Below, one piece after another: positions 54,256-63,998 of a stretch of 64,000 nucleotides of DNA. A program made the position numbers and the translations under genes. The notes beneath the pieces are model-generated. The model worked only from the letters and a program-made list of their open reading frames with translations, made no database searches and had not been told where the DNA came from. How positions within the stretch are numbered: position 1 is the first letter of the stretch; every line of letters starts with the position of its first letter. Source of the DNA: an uncultured candidate division Zixibacteria bacterium (GTDB taxonomy: Bacteria; Zixibacteria; MSB-5A5; GN15; FEB-12); the NCBI GenBank assembly GCA_963806185.1, contig CAWDXE010000001.1, positions 224,001 to 288,000 of the forward strand. The letters are read 5' to 3'.

Positions 54256-55043
54256 ATGACTGATTACAAGAATCTCATTGTCGAACGGGACGACAAGATC
54301 CTGATGGTGAAGATCAATCGCGAACGGGCGCTCAATGCGCTGAATCGCGAGACGATCGGCGAATTACAGCAGCTGTTCAGTTTTCACTGGTCGGATGACA
54401 CGGTCCGTACTGTGTGATTCTCACCGGCGCCGGCGAGAAGGCGTTTGTGGCGGGAGCCGACATACCGGAACTGGCCGATCTCGATGTCCGCACCGGGGCG
54501 GATCTGTCCGGGCGCGGGCTGTATCTGATGAAGACGATCCAGAACTTCCCCAAGCCGGTGATTGCAGCGATCAACGGGTTTGCGCTCGGCGGCGGGTGTG
54601 AACTGGCGATGGCGTGCGATATCCGACTGGCGTCGGAGAAAGCCAAGCTGGGTCAGCCGGAAGTGAATCTGGGGATTATTCCCGGCTACGGCGGCACGCA
54701 GCGGCTGAGCCGTCTGGTGGGTCGGGGCAAGGCGATGCAGATGATCCTGACCGGCGAGTTGATCAACGCGCAGGAAGCGCATCGGATCGGCCTGGTCGAC
54801 GAAGTCTATCCGCCCGACCAGTTGATGCCAAAGGCGCTGGAGATGGCGCGGACGATTTGCACGAAGGGTCCGCTGGCGGTTTCAATGGCCAAGGAGTGCA
54901 TCAATCGCGGCCTCGACGTCAATCTGACCGCCGGCTGCGATCTGGAGAAGGCGAATTTCGGATCGATCTGCGGCACCGGTGACAAGAATGAAGGGATGGA
55001 GGCGTTTCTGGAGAAGCGCAGTCCGAAGTTCACGGGGCATTGA
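54256..55043 (+). CDS. crt: Enoyl-CoA hydratase/crotonase (one apparent frameshift near 54410)
   Basis: INR..ALNALN, then ILTGAGEKAFVAGADI, NGFALGGGCELA.ACD.R, GQPEV.LG..PG.GGTQRL. Confidence 0.9.
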
Positions 55044-55052
55044 AGTAGTGAA

Positions 55053-55294
55053 GTCAGGTCACGCGCCGCTCGGAAGCGGCGCAGGAGCTGACGTAACGGG
55101 GGGATGGTGGATATCAAGATTCAGACGAGTCAGGCTTCTTGATCGATTGGGTAAGGAAGCCTGACCTCTACGAAGAAGTACGCCCCTACCGGCCCTCACC
55201 CCTGCCCCCGTCCCTAAAGGGAGAGGGGGTAAGAGAAAAGCGTCAGGTCACACGATGCCGGGAAGCAGCGCAGCGACTGACATAACGAAGGATG
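55053..55294. repeat. Cluster of REP-like palindromes, including a ~50-nt degenerate direct repeat
   Basis: gtcaggtcac...ggaagc.gcgcag...ctgac.taacg at 55053-55098 and 55242-55287; gtcaggcttc/gaagcctgac stem at 55129-55165; ccctcacccc...gggagagggg at 55193-55229. Confidence 0.65.
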
Positions 55295-55377
55295 AGGTTC
55301 ACACGTGGGCAAGGGAGATTTCTGCATGGTGGAGATCACTGCCAAACGGCAGAAATAGGATCTCATCTCGAGCTATC

Positions 55378-55410
55378 AAGAAAGGCCGGTCATCTTTGAC
55401 CGGCCTTTTT
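55378..55410. terminator. Bidirectional intrinsic terminator
   Basis: aagaaaggccggtca-tctt-tgaccggccttttt between convergent crt and PEP-CTERM genes. Confidence 0.8.
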
Positions 55411-55437
55411 GTGTGTGCGATGGACCTAAGGTAAGAC

Positions 55438-56127
55438 CTATTTTCGCATTTTTCTTTTCATCGCGCCCGCGCCGATCATCCCGACTGCAAAGAGAGCAAG
55501 AGTAGTCGGTTCGGGCACCGGCTGGTTGGGACAGGGAGACGCAGTTACGTTGACGGTTGCGTTTGAGCCGAACGGGCAGAAGAACTTGTCCGGCACATTG
55601 TTCGGGACCATACACGGATTAATATTCCCGGCAAACACAAGTCCGGCCTTTCCGGTACTCGGTGTCAGGAACTTGTAGTCGAACAGCAGAAGCCCGTCAA
55701 TATCCCACGAGTCAAACTTCGCACTAATCCAACTGGCGCCGGCCATGAGGTCGGAGTATGACGCCTTGCGCGTGAAGCTGAAATCCGGCAACGGAGTTGG
55801 ATGTCCCGGGACGGTGAGGTTCTTCACCGTCAGAGTCCACTTCCAGTCGCTGAGCGGATCTGCGATCATCCCCTCGATGGGCGCGGTGTCGGGCGCGTAG
55901 GCGAAGTCGAAGCCGACGCCGGCGGAGACGTTGAATTTCTTGCCAGTGGCGCCGTACGACAGACGCGGATCCAGTCCGAAAGTATTGACGACATCGCCCC
56001 CTTTGTCATAGGCGGCATAGCCCCTGAAGTTACTCGCGCTGAAGGCGAAACCGAACGCCTGCGACGGGAGTCCGGTAAGGGCGACAATTCCCAGGATCAG
56101 CACTGCGCTCAGGACGCGGTGTTTCAT
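55438..56127 (-). CDS. PEP-CTERM sorting domain protein
   Basis: Signal peptide MKHRVLSAVLILG...SQA after RBS ggagg; C-terminal VPEPTTLALFAVGMIGAGAMKRKMRK. Confidence 0.92.
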   Translation of the reverse strand: MKHRVLSAVLILGIVALTGLPSQAFGFAFSASNFRGYAAYDKGGDVVNTFGLDPRLSYGATGKKFNVSAGVGFDFAYAPDTAPIEGMIADPLSDWKWTLTVKNLTVPGHPTPLPDFSFTRKASYSDLMAGASWISAKFDSWDIDGLLLFDYKFLTPSTGKAGLVFAGNINPCMVPNNVPDKFFCPFGSNATVNVTASPCPNQPVPEPTTLALFAVGMIGAGAMKRKMRK

Positions 56128-56186
56128 GGTTCCTCCGATTTTTAGCGACAGGTTGACAGTTGGCATATTTATCTGGGCAGTACAGC

Positions 56187-56201
56187 GCAACCAGCGTGCC
56201 G
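56187..56201 (-). promoter_or_regulatory. Sigma-54 (-24/-12) promoter of the PEP-CTERM gene
   Basis: Minus strand CGGCAC-GCTGG-TTGC (GG-N10-GC), about 60 nt upstream of the ATG. Confidence 0.7.
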
Positions 56202-56342
56202 TTTTGGAAACCGACAGAGGGTCTTGTAATAGCGGGAGTTAGCGAACAATCAGGGATGAGTTGACGCAGGCAATTGCACAACCAACTCGGACAGAACTCA
56301 GGTTTAGCAGGAAGTTCAGGAAGTGAACAGCAGTTCGCCGGC

Positions 56343-56873
56343 TTATCGGTTAGAAATGATCTTCTTACTCATCACTACGCTGCGATAGTTCGTCACGTCC
56401 CACTGCATGTATTCTACGAAGCGATAACCGAGGCGAGTATACCATTCGATCAAGTGCGTCGCCGGTTCAGCGGTATCGAGCGCGAGCTCGGCGGCATTGT
56501 TGTCGCGCGCACAGTATTCGGCCGCAAGCATCAGCCTGGCGGCGATGCCCTGTCGTTGGTGTCGCGGCTCGACACCCATCTGACCGATCACTGCGACATC
56601 GGGGCGCGACATCCACGGCGTGGGTTTGCCGATTTCCTTGGGATAAAACGTAATCGTGCCGACCATGCGGCCATCGAGCTCGGCGATCAAACAGATGCCT
56701 TTGGCGATGCGCTTGCGGGTGACATGGACGTCCTGATACGTAGCGACAAATTTCAAGCCGAGGTTGGCGAGATAGGCATACGCCCGGTGCAGCAATTCTG
56801 TAAGTTCTTCGAGGGAATCAGTATCGGTGAAGGGACGAATGATGACGCGATCAGCTGTAGAATCCGATGTCAT
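56343..56873 (-). CDS. GNAT family N-acetyltransferase
   Basis: V.P..QRQGIA..L, LDTAEPA..L...Y...GY; ATG overlaps the symporter stop codon. Confidence 0.88.
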   Translation of the reverse strand: MTSDSTADRVIIRPFTDTDSLEELTELLHRAYAYLANLGLKFVATYQDVHVTRKRIAKGICLIAELDGRMVGTITFYPKEIGKPTPWMSRPDVAVIGQMGVEPRHQRQGIAARLMLAAEYCARDNNAAELALDTAEPATHLIEWYTRLGYRFVEYMQWDVTNYRSVVMSKKIISNR

Positions 56874-58243
56874 GCCAGACCGGCCTCCTCGTCGGACAAT
56901 TTCGGCATGAGTCGATGTCCCTCGGAGCGGGCGACGTAGGTGGCGGCGGTCAAATCGCCGGTCACGTTGAGCGTCGTGCGGCACATATCGAGAATACGGT
57001 CGACGCCCAGAATGATCGCGATGAGCGCGGGGTTCACACCGACTGTCGCGAGGACGATGATGATAAACGGTATGGAGCCGGAGGGCACGCCGGCGGTGCC
57101 GATGCCGCCGAGAATCGCCAGATAGGCGACCATGATCTGCTGGCCGAGGGAAAGATCGATGCCCGCCAACTGCGCCAGAAACAAGACGGTGACGCCCTCA
57201 TAGAGAGCGGTGCCGTTCTGATTGGCCGTCGCGCCGATAGTGAGCACGAAATTATTGATTTCACGCGGGACGCCGAGATTGCGTTCGGAGACGGCGAGAG
57301 CGGTCGGCAGGGTGGCATTCGACGACGACGTGGAGAAGGCTGTGACCATTACCGTCTTGATGCGCCGGAAAAACTCCAGCGGCGAGATTCGCGACAACAG
57401 CGCTATCGAAAGGGAATAGACGCCGAACATATGCAGGCTCAGGCCGAGCAGGACGGTGAGCACGAACCAGCCCAGCGCGCCGAGCAGGTCGACACCAAAT
57501 TGCGCGATATTCGTAAAGAGAAGACATGCCACCGCGTAAGGAGCGAATTTCATGATGATGTCGATGATCTTCGCCGACAGCGCGTAGAGTGATTCGAGAA
57601 TATTCAGGAATGGCGAGGCAGTAGCCGGGGCGATGAGAGTTGCGGCAATGCCGAGAATCAGCGCAAAGAACATCAGGTGAAGCATGTTGGGCGTTTCGCT
57701 GGCGACGGCGGCGATCGGATTGGAGGGGATAGCTGACTTGATGATCTGCATCACCGGCGAATCGCTGCCAGCGGACTTCTGCGCAGCTTCTACTCGTTTT
57801 GACGCCTCCGTTCCGTATCGTTGCTCCAAAGCCTGAGCAGTCGATTGATCCACCCGCTTGCCGGGGTTTATCGTATTCGCAAGCGTGATACCAATTACCA
57901 CCGAGATGGCAGAAATCACAAGGGTGTAGACAAACGACTTGACACCAACTCGCCCGAGTGTCCGCAGATCGCCGATGCCGGCGACTCCGACGACCAGCGA
58001 AGAGAAGACCAGCGGGATGACGGTCATCAGGAGCAGGCGAAGAAATATCTGACCGATCGGTTCGGTAAGATAGCGAATGACCCAAACGGTCAGCGTGCTG
58101 CTTCCATTTCCGGAGAGATTGACGATCAGCCCGGCGGCCGCGCCTGCTCCCAAGCCGAGGAGGATCTTGGTATGCAGAGGAACCTTCTTGCGCCTCGGCG
58201 AGGCCGAATGGGGAGAATCAGGGCTGGAGGAAGAGCGAGCCAT
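56870..58243 (-). CDS. Dicarboxylate/amino acid:cation symporter (DAACS, GltP/DctA family)
   Basis: G.IFLRLL.M.VIPLVF, AFSTSSS.ATLP, GAT.N..GTALYE, G.AGVP, GVDR.LDMCRT..NV.GD. Confidence 0.95.
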   Translation of the reverse strand: MARSSSSPDSPHSASPRRKKVPLHTKILLGLGAGAAAGLIVNLSGNGSSTLTVWVIRYLTEPIGQIFLRLLLMTVIPLVFSSLVVGVAGIGDLRTLGRVGVKSFVYTLVISAISVVIGITLANTINPGKRVDQSTAQALEQRYGTEASKRVEAAQKSAGSDSPVMQIIKSAIPSNPIAAVASETPNMLHLMFFALILGIAATLIAPATASPFLNILESLYALSAKIIDIIMKFAPYAVACLLFTNIAQFGVDLLGALGWFVLTVLLGLSLHMFGVYSLSIALLSRISPLEFFRRIKTVMVTAFSTSSSNATLPTALAVSERNLGVPREINNFVLTIGATANQNGTALYEGVTVLFLAQLAGIDLSLGQQIMVAYLAILGGIGTAGVPSGSIPFIIIVLATVGVNPALIAIILGVDRILDMCRTTLNVTGDLTAATYVARSEGHRLMPKLSDEEAGLA

Positions 58244-58494
58244 CGATGCAAATATCCAAAACGGAAAGTCGGTTGACAAGTTAAAGCGAGTCAATTGAAC
58301 CAATACTGCGCCGACGGTTCATCGGGAATCTTCCATGATCATTCCAATCCACCTGACCTTAATGTATGGGCGGACGCCCATTCTCGTTACTCAAGCGGCT
58401 GACCAGCCGCAACAGTTCATCCGCGAACAACAGTAAGTCCCTTGCCCGCCAAGAGCATAGCCGGGCCGTTGAGAAACGACAGCTTCGGCACGGA

Positions 58495-58510
58495 GGGCAG
58501 GAGCCTTGCA
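58495..58510 (+). promoter_or_regulatory. Possible sigma-54 promoter of the C25 protease gene
   Basis: GGGCAG-GAGCC-TTGCA has GG-N10-GC spacing but deviates from TGGCAC. Confidence 0.3.
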
Positions 58511-58584
58511 CTATTGGTGTGAAGGTTCAGGGTGAAACAGCACCTACAGGCAGGCACTGGAGGCGCGAAAGGGGAGCAAGAGAC

Positions 58585-60864
58585 GTGGTCCGAATTCTAC
58601 TGACTTTAACTTTGTTGGTCGCGACAGTCGAGGCCGAGAATCAGGCGACGTTGATGTTGTCACCCGATCTGGTCTCGGCAGATGTTTCGACGGGCACTTT
58701 CGACTACCCGAGTTTCCCCAAGATTACGGTTTCCGGTGGGCTGCGCCTGTCAGCGCAGGTTGTCTTCGTTCCGCTCAGTTCCGACCAACATGCCGACGAC
58801 GTTACGTATCAATCAACGACCGATACGCTTGGTGTTATTCCGGCAGGCAATCTGACAGACATTCCAACATCGCTCGAACCGGAACGATATGATGCGATCG
58901 TCACCCGGGCGGCGGTCAATCGCCCCGGCCAATCGGCAGTCGAAGTAATAGATGAGACGACAATAGCGGGCGAGCGATACGCCAGAGTACTGATCTTTCC
59001 GGTGTCGGTCGACGCAAATGGTTTGGTCTCCTTCAATCGAGAGGTCTCGGTTCGCGTCGGTGGCATTCTGCTGACATCTCAACAACTGCTCACTGCCGAA
59101 GCGGCTGCAAGCATCGCCACGGCGACACCCGAATTGACTTCGGGAGGCAGTGGGCCGGAATACCTGATTGTGACAACTTCAATCCTGACACCGGCTATAC
59201 AACGACTGGCCGACTTCAAAATAGCACTGGGGATTACGACCGAGGTGCGGTTGGTCGACGACATGGTCGCCGCCCAAACCGGCCGTGATACAGCCGAACG
59301 ACTGAGGGAAGCGTTGAAAGCGGCGTACCAATCGGGCACCCGGTATGTCCTGCTCGCCGGGGACGAGACGCTGCTTCCCGTCCGGTATGCCTATCCATAC
59401 ACAGTGACTCCCCCGCCGACATTTGACGAGACGCCGATCTGCGATCTTTACTTTGCCGATGTCAACGGCGATTGGAATGCCGACAATGACGATCAATGGG
59501 GCGAGCGGTACTTCGACCAGGTCGACCAGACGCCGGAGTTGATGGTGGGGCGACTTCCCTTTTCGACGCTTGTCGAAGCCGAAAACTACGTTGAAAAGCT
59601 GATTGTCTACGAGACCGATCCGGGACGCGGCAACCGGTCGTACCTCGAGAACGTGATGTTCTTCTGTTCAGATCAGATGCGCGACACGTCGTACGGCCTT
59701 CAGCACCAGTATGTCGCGGCAGGTTTTTCCGGCGAATTGTCGGTCGATACCATTACCGGGCTCGAGCAGAGCACTGGTGATGATCCGTCCCCGACAAATC
59801 TCGCGGCTCCGGAGATGGTGGGAGTACTCGACGCCGGATATGGATTCGTGAACGTGCTGGCTCACGGCGCGGCGGGGCAGTTTGCGGTAAAGACGGCCAA
59901 ATACAACACGTCGCCGAAATCGTGCATCGTGACCGATTCGACAATTCCGGGACACGGGCCGATAACCGAGCTCATGCCGAATGATTACACCGGTTTCTGG
60001 TATTCGGCGGCTTGCGACAATGGAGCCTTTGATATGGACCTTCCCCCCTACCCGTATCCATCGCCAAGTCTCGTCCAGACCCTGCTCGGACTGAGGCGTG
60101 CGGGGGCCGTGGCCATGATTGCGTACTCGCGGTACGGATGGGTGGCACTCAGTTACCTTCAACAGCGGACATTCGTTGATTCTCTGTTTGCCCATCCGGA
60201 TCGGCCGGCGATTGAAGCGTTTTATGCCGAGAAAGCTGTGCATGCGTCGTATCGCGATCTGGTATACGGCCAGAATTTCTACGGTGACCCGACGCTGCAC
60301 ATATATACGTCCGCACCGCAGCCGCTGGTCACGCAAACGCATCTGGACGGCACCGACCTGATGGTAAGGGTCGTATCCGCCGGCACGCCGGTCGCCGGAG
60401 CAAAGATCATCGTCAGTTCTAATGGCATTTGTCAGGGGCAATACATCACCGGGATGTCGGGAGAGGTCAACCTCGCTCAGAGTCTCACCGGAGCGAGTGC
60501 ATTTACGATCGCAGCAGTGAAGTCGGGGTATAGCTCGAATCTGTTAACATACATTCCGGCAATTGGCACCGACGTAGAAGGAGGTGAGGACAATTTGCCC
60601 GCGACGTTCGCGTTGTCGCAGAACTATCCCAATCCGTTTAACCCATCGACCAGTATACATTTCTCGTTGCCGACCGCCGCGCATGTGAGACTGATTGTCT
60701 ACAACGTGCTCGGGCAAGCGTTGGCAACACTGCTGGACGGCGAGCAGCGCGCGGGTGAGCACGAAGTAACGTGGGACGGGTCCACCGCGGCGAGTGGAGT
60801 CTATTATTACCGCCTTGAGGCGGGTGATTTCGTCCAGACCAAGAAGATGGTTCTGCTCAGGTAG
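58585..60864 (+). CDS. C25 family (gingipain-like) cysteine peptidase with NYPNPFN-type C-terminal sorting domain
   Basis: YLIVT, YVLLAGD, D.Y.AD, VGRLP, catalytic AHG and AAC, GDP; tail QNYPNPFNP...ASGVYYYRL...KKMVLLR. GTG start at 58585 gives a signal peptide after RBS ggag. Confidence 0.9.
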   Translation: MVRILLTLTLLVATVEAENQATLMLSPDLVSADVSTGTFDYPSFPKITVSGGLRLSAQVVFVPLSSDQHADDVTYQSTTDTLGVIPAGNLTDIPTSLEPERYDAIVTRAAVNRPGQSAVEVIDETTIAGERYARVLIFPVSVDANGLVSFNREVSVRVGGILLTSQQLLTAEAAASIATATPELTSGGSGPEYLIVTTSILTPAIQRLADFKIALGITTEVRLVDDMVAAQTGRDTAERLREALKAAYQSGTRYVLLAGDETLLPVRYAYPYTVTPPPTFDETPICDLYFADVNGDWNADNDDQWGERYFDQVDQTPELMVGRLPFSTLVEAENYVEKLIVYETDPGRGNRSYLENVMFFCSDQMRDTSYGLQHQYVAAGFSGELSVDTITGLEQSTGDDPSPTNLAAPEMVGVLDAGYGFVNVLAHGAAGQFAVKTAKYNTSPKSCIVTDSTIPGHGPITELMPNDYTGFWYSAACDNGAFDMDLPPYPYPSPSLVQTLLGLRRAGAVAMIAYSRYGWVALSYLQQRTFVDSLFAHPDRPAIEAFYAEKAVHASYRDLVYGQNFYGDPTLHIYTSAPQPLVTQTHLDGTDLMVRVVSAGTPVAGAKIIVSSNGICQGQYITGMSGEVNLAQSLTGASAFTIAAVKSGYSSNLLTYIPAIGTDVEGGEDNLPATFALSQNYPNPFNPSTSIHFSLPTAAHVRLIVYNVLGQALATLLDGEQRAGEHEVTWDGSTAASGVYYYRLEAGDFVQTKKMVLLR

Positions 60865-60918
60865 ATGAGCGGATCGTTTTCTGTTTACAAGGAGCGAATC
60901 AGGCCATAGACTTCAGGT

Positions 60919-62688
60919 GTGCCTGGAATATTCCTCAGAGTTCGACGATCAGCGCCGACGCAATCGGCTCCGCTGGCTGCGCCACGGCCGCCGGCTTCCT
61001 CACAGCCGCTCTCCGTACAGACCATAAGTGCATCGAACTTGTCCCGACTGGACATATTGGACCATTCGGGATATCCAGTGTCGGAGTACGATACCGACAA
61101 TCATCAGCTCATCGTCGAGGGCGAGATCGTATCGCTCCAGACGATCAGCCCGGTACAAGACTTTGCAGCACTCGCCCGGATACTGCTGCATGAACCCCGG
61201 CCTGAAATCGCGGCGTTGCGCGAATGGCAGCGCAATCATACGGGCGAGTATGTTATTGCGGGTCATCGAAGGGGAAGCGATCAGTGGGTGCTGCTCACCG
61301 ATGCACTGGGTCGGTTGCCGTCATACTATCTGGTTGATGACGATGGTGTGACGATTGGGCGTGACATCCAGGCCGTCGTAGGTGGTCGCACGGCAATCGA
61401 TCGCCTGTCGTTGGCACAGTATCTATTATTCGGGTATCCAATCGGATTTCGGACACTGTTCGCCGGGATGAAGCGGGTTCCGCCGGGATCCTGTCTGATA
61501 GTTGGGGCGGAGGGACAACTGCAGATCGATCCGATATCGACGCTGAATTTGCAGGATGAGTCGTCGGAGAATTATGACGCCCAATTGGAGCGCATAGAGT
61601 CTGCGTTTGTGGCGGCATGCCAACAGCTTGGGCGGGATGAGCGACGCGTACTGGTATCGTTGAGTGGCGGGCTCGATTCGCGGAGTGTTGCCGGCGGGCT
61701 GGTGCGGGCCGGGGTGTCGTTTTCGGCGGTTACGTTTGTCACGCAAGACAATCAGACTTCGCGAGATGCCGCACGGGCAGAAGAGGTGATGAGGACGCTC
61801 GGGTTGCCATGGCAGCTCATGCAGTTGGGGCAGGCGGATGAGGCGGCGCGAGAGGAGATAATCGCCGCCAAAGCGGGGCTGGTGTATCTGGGGCAGGCGT
61901 ATGATGTCGAGTTTTTCAGGCGACTTCGCGGGGCGTTCGGCGACCAGGTTACATTTGTGTCCGGCGACGGCGGTGACAAGTGCCTGCCGTATTTGCTGCC
62001 GGCCAGGCGCCTGACCGGCATTTCGGAGCTGGTCGATTTCATTGTAGCGACGCAAACGCTGTTGTCGTTGGCCGAAGTCTCGGAGTTAACCGGAGTGGCT
62101 CAGGATGACATCAGAGCGAGCATTCGTGACACGGTCGACGCGTATCCCGAGAGTTCTCCTGACTACAAGTATTTCCGCTTCCTAATCTCCGAACGGGCAA
62201 TGCAGTGGTTGTTTGAGGGCGAGGATCGCAACCGGTATCAATTCTGGGCGACGACGCCGTGTTACCGGGAACCCTTTTTCAGTGCTGTCATGCAGTGCCC
62301 GCAACGGTTCAAGCGACGGCATCGATTGTATCGCGACTTTCTGGAGCGCCTCTCCCCTGCGCTGGCAGGTATCCCGGACGCCAATCGTGGCATGGCGCCG
62401 AGGTCGTGGAAATTTACTGCGTATCTTCAGGTGGCGGATTTGATGAAGAAGTTTCCGGGGTTGGCGGCGAAGGCACGGTCGCTGCGCAAAGGAAGGTCAA
62501 GGGCACTGACTGTCGCAGCCGATGAAGGCGGCGACAGGGCGGCCACCGGAAATCGCGAGAAGCTGGCTCAGTATGTCAATGTCGAATGTTATCAGCGATT
62601 GCTTGCGCCAGGGGCAGAAACGGGGGCGGCTGCGCGGGATCTGCTGAAGACGCTAGAGAATCTCGTCAATCGAATGGCGAGGCGATGA
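60919..62688 (+). CDS. Asparagine synthase-like (AsnB C-terminal ATP-pyrophosphatase) protein lacking the N-terminal Cys
   Basis: D..G..P.YY, T.F.G..RVPPG, SLSGGLDSR, SGDGGD; N-terminus is MPGIF rather than MCGI. Confidence 0.82.
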   Translation: MPGIFLRVRRSAPTQSAPLAAPRPPASSQPLSVQTISASNLSRLDILDHSGYPVSEYDTDNHQLIVEGEIVSLQTISPVQDFAALARILLHEPRPEIAALREWQRNHTGEYVIAGHRRGSDQWVLLTDALGRLPSYYLVDDDGVTIGRDIQAVVGGRTAIDRLSLAQYLLFGYPIGFRTLFAGMKRVPPGSCLIVGAEGQLQIDPISTLNLQDESSENYDAQLERIESAFVAACQQLGRDERRVLVSLSGGLDSRSVAGGLVRAGVSFSAVTFVTQDNQTSRDAARAEEVMRTLGLPWQLMQLGQADEAAREEIIAAKAGLVYLGQAYDVEFFRRLRGAFGDQVTFVSGDGGDKCLPYLLPARRLTGISELVDFIVATQTLLSLAEVSELTGVAQDDIRASIRDTVDAYPESSPDYKYFRFLISERAMQWLFEGEDRNRYQFWATTPCYREPFFSAVMQCPQRFKRRHRLYRDFLERLSPALAGIPDANRGMAPRSWKFTAYLQVADLMKKFPGLAAKARSLRKGRSRALTVAADEGGDRAATGNREKLAQYVNVECYQRLLAPGAETGAAARDLLKTLENLVNRMARR

Positions 62689-62708
62689 GTATCCCGCTCA
62701 CTGTTGAA

Positions 62709-63998
62709 CTACTTATGTATCCGCTTCAGAAATTCTTCTATCTCGGGGACGCCGCCCTGGAAGATCAGGTAGCCGTTATACGGTTCGCGTTCGGTGATTT
62801 CGCCGCAAATCGGTTTGAGCATTAGCTCCGTCACCTTCGCCAGGTCATCCGTCTGTCCCAACGCCCACCCCAGCTTAATGTAGGCCACCTCGGGAAGCAT
62901 GTTCTCCAGCGGAATGATTCCCTTCGCCATGAGGTCACGGCCGGTGTCGTACACATACATGTGCACGTATCCCCAAAGGGTCTGGACCGTCATGTAGACG
63001 CAGATTCCCTTGTCGCGGGCCCGTTCAATGGCCGGATAGAGGGGCTTATTGATATGCCCGAGACCGGTGCCGGCGATAACAATGCCGCGGTATCCGTTGT
63101 CAATGAGAGCGTCGATAATGTCCGGGCGCATGGCCGGGTAGTAATAGACGATGGCGACTTTCTCTTCGAAATAGGGCAGGATGGTGACATTGCGATCTTT
63201 GCGGCGGCGATTGTAATCGTCGCGCAGCGGCGTGATCGTCTTGGTGTCAACCATTGCCAATGGTATGTCGCCGATGGTACGGAAGGTGGAGCGATACGAC
63301 GAGTGCATCTTGCGTACGCGCATGCCGCGATGCAGCAGGCCGTATTCGTCGGAAGTCGGGCCGAACATGCAGACCATCACCTCGGCGATATCCGATTCGG
63401 CGGCAGTTTTGGTGGCGTGCTGAAGATTGAGGGCGGCGTCGGATGACGGACGATCCGATGATCGCTGCGAACCGACCATGACAATCGGCACGGGAGAATT
63501 CTGGACCATGAAGCCGAGGGCAGCCGCGGTATGGTGCATGGTGTCGGTGCCGTGGCCGATGACGATACCATCCACGCCTTTTTCGATCTCGCGACCGATG
63601 GCGATGGCCAGCGCCTTGTACTGTTCCGGCCCCATGTTTTCGCTGAAGACGGCAAATAATTTCTCGGTGCTCAGATTGCAGATGTCGGCCAGTTCGGGGA
63701 CGGCGCCGTACAGCTCGCCCGGTGAAAAGGCAGGAATAACGGCGCCGGTACGGTAATCGAGACGCGAGGCGATCGTTCCACCGGTGCCGAGCAATTTGAC
63801 ATAGGGCTTTCCCTTGGAGATCGGGAATTCTTTTTCGGGGATTTTGTAGTGGGCTTCCTTGTACCCCAGCTCTTTCATGTCGGTGATGGTGTCAACGGCG
63901 ATGCCGACGTTGTACCCGGAGGCGAGCTTGATGACAATATGCTGATCGTCGTCGTTCTCTGAGCGCGGCAGCAGGATCCCGCGGAATTCGCCCCGGGT
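62709..63998 (-). CDS. gatD: Glu-tRNA(Gln) amidotransferase subunit D; 5' end outside window
   Basis: GatD N-terminal domain (GILLPR...HIVIKLASGYNVGI) upstream of the tracked ORF; TGGTIASRLDYRTGAV, SEN, HGTDTM, GSQRSSDRPSSD, RKMHSS.R..F, GTGLGH, MLPEVAY.KL.W.LG. Confidence 0.9.
   Translation of the reverse strand, partial: TRGEFRGILLPRSENDDDQHIVIKLASGYNVGIAVDTITDMKELGYKEAHYKIPEKEFPISKGKPYVKLLGTGGTIASRLDYRTGAVIPAFSPGELYGAVPELADICNLSTEKLFAVFSENMGPEQYKALAIAIGREIEKGVDGIVIGHGTDTMHHTAAALGFMVQNSPVPIVMVGSQRSSDRPSSDAALNLQHATKTAAESDIAEVMVCMFGPTSDEYGLLHRGMRVRKMHSSYRSTFRTIGDIPLAMVDTKTITPLRDDYNRRRKDRNVTILPYFEEKVAIVYYYPAMRPDIIDALIDNGYRGIVIAGTGLGHINKPLYPAIERARDKGICVYMTVQTLWGYVHMYVYDTGRDLMAKGIIPLENMLPEVAYIKLGWALGQTDDLAKVTELMLKPICGEITEREPYNGYLIFQGGVPEIEEFLKRIHK

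Noticed and set aside
55044..55437. CRISPR array or tRNA
   Set aside because: Only two degenerate repeats with no regular spacers, no cas genes and no cloverleaf.
60919..62688. Lasso peptide cyclase
   Set aside because: No precursor peptide, RRE or B2 protease gene nearby.
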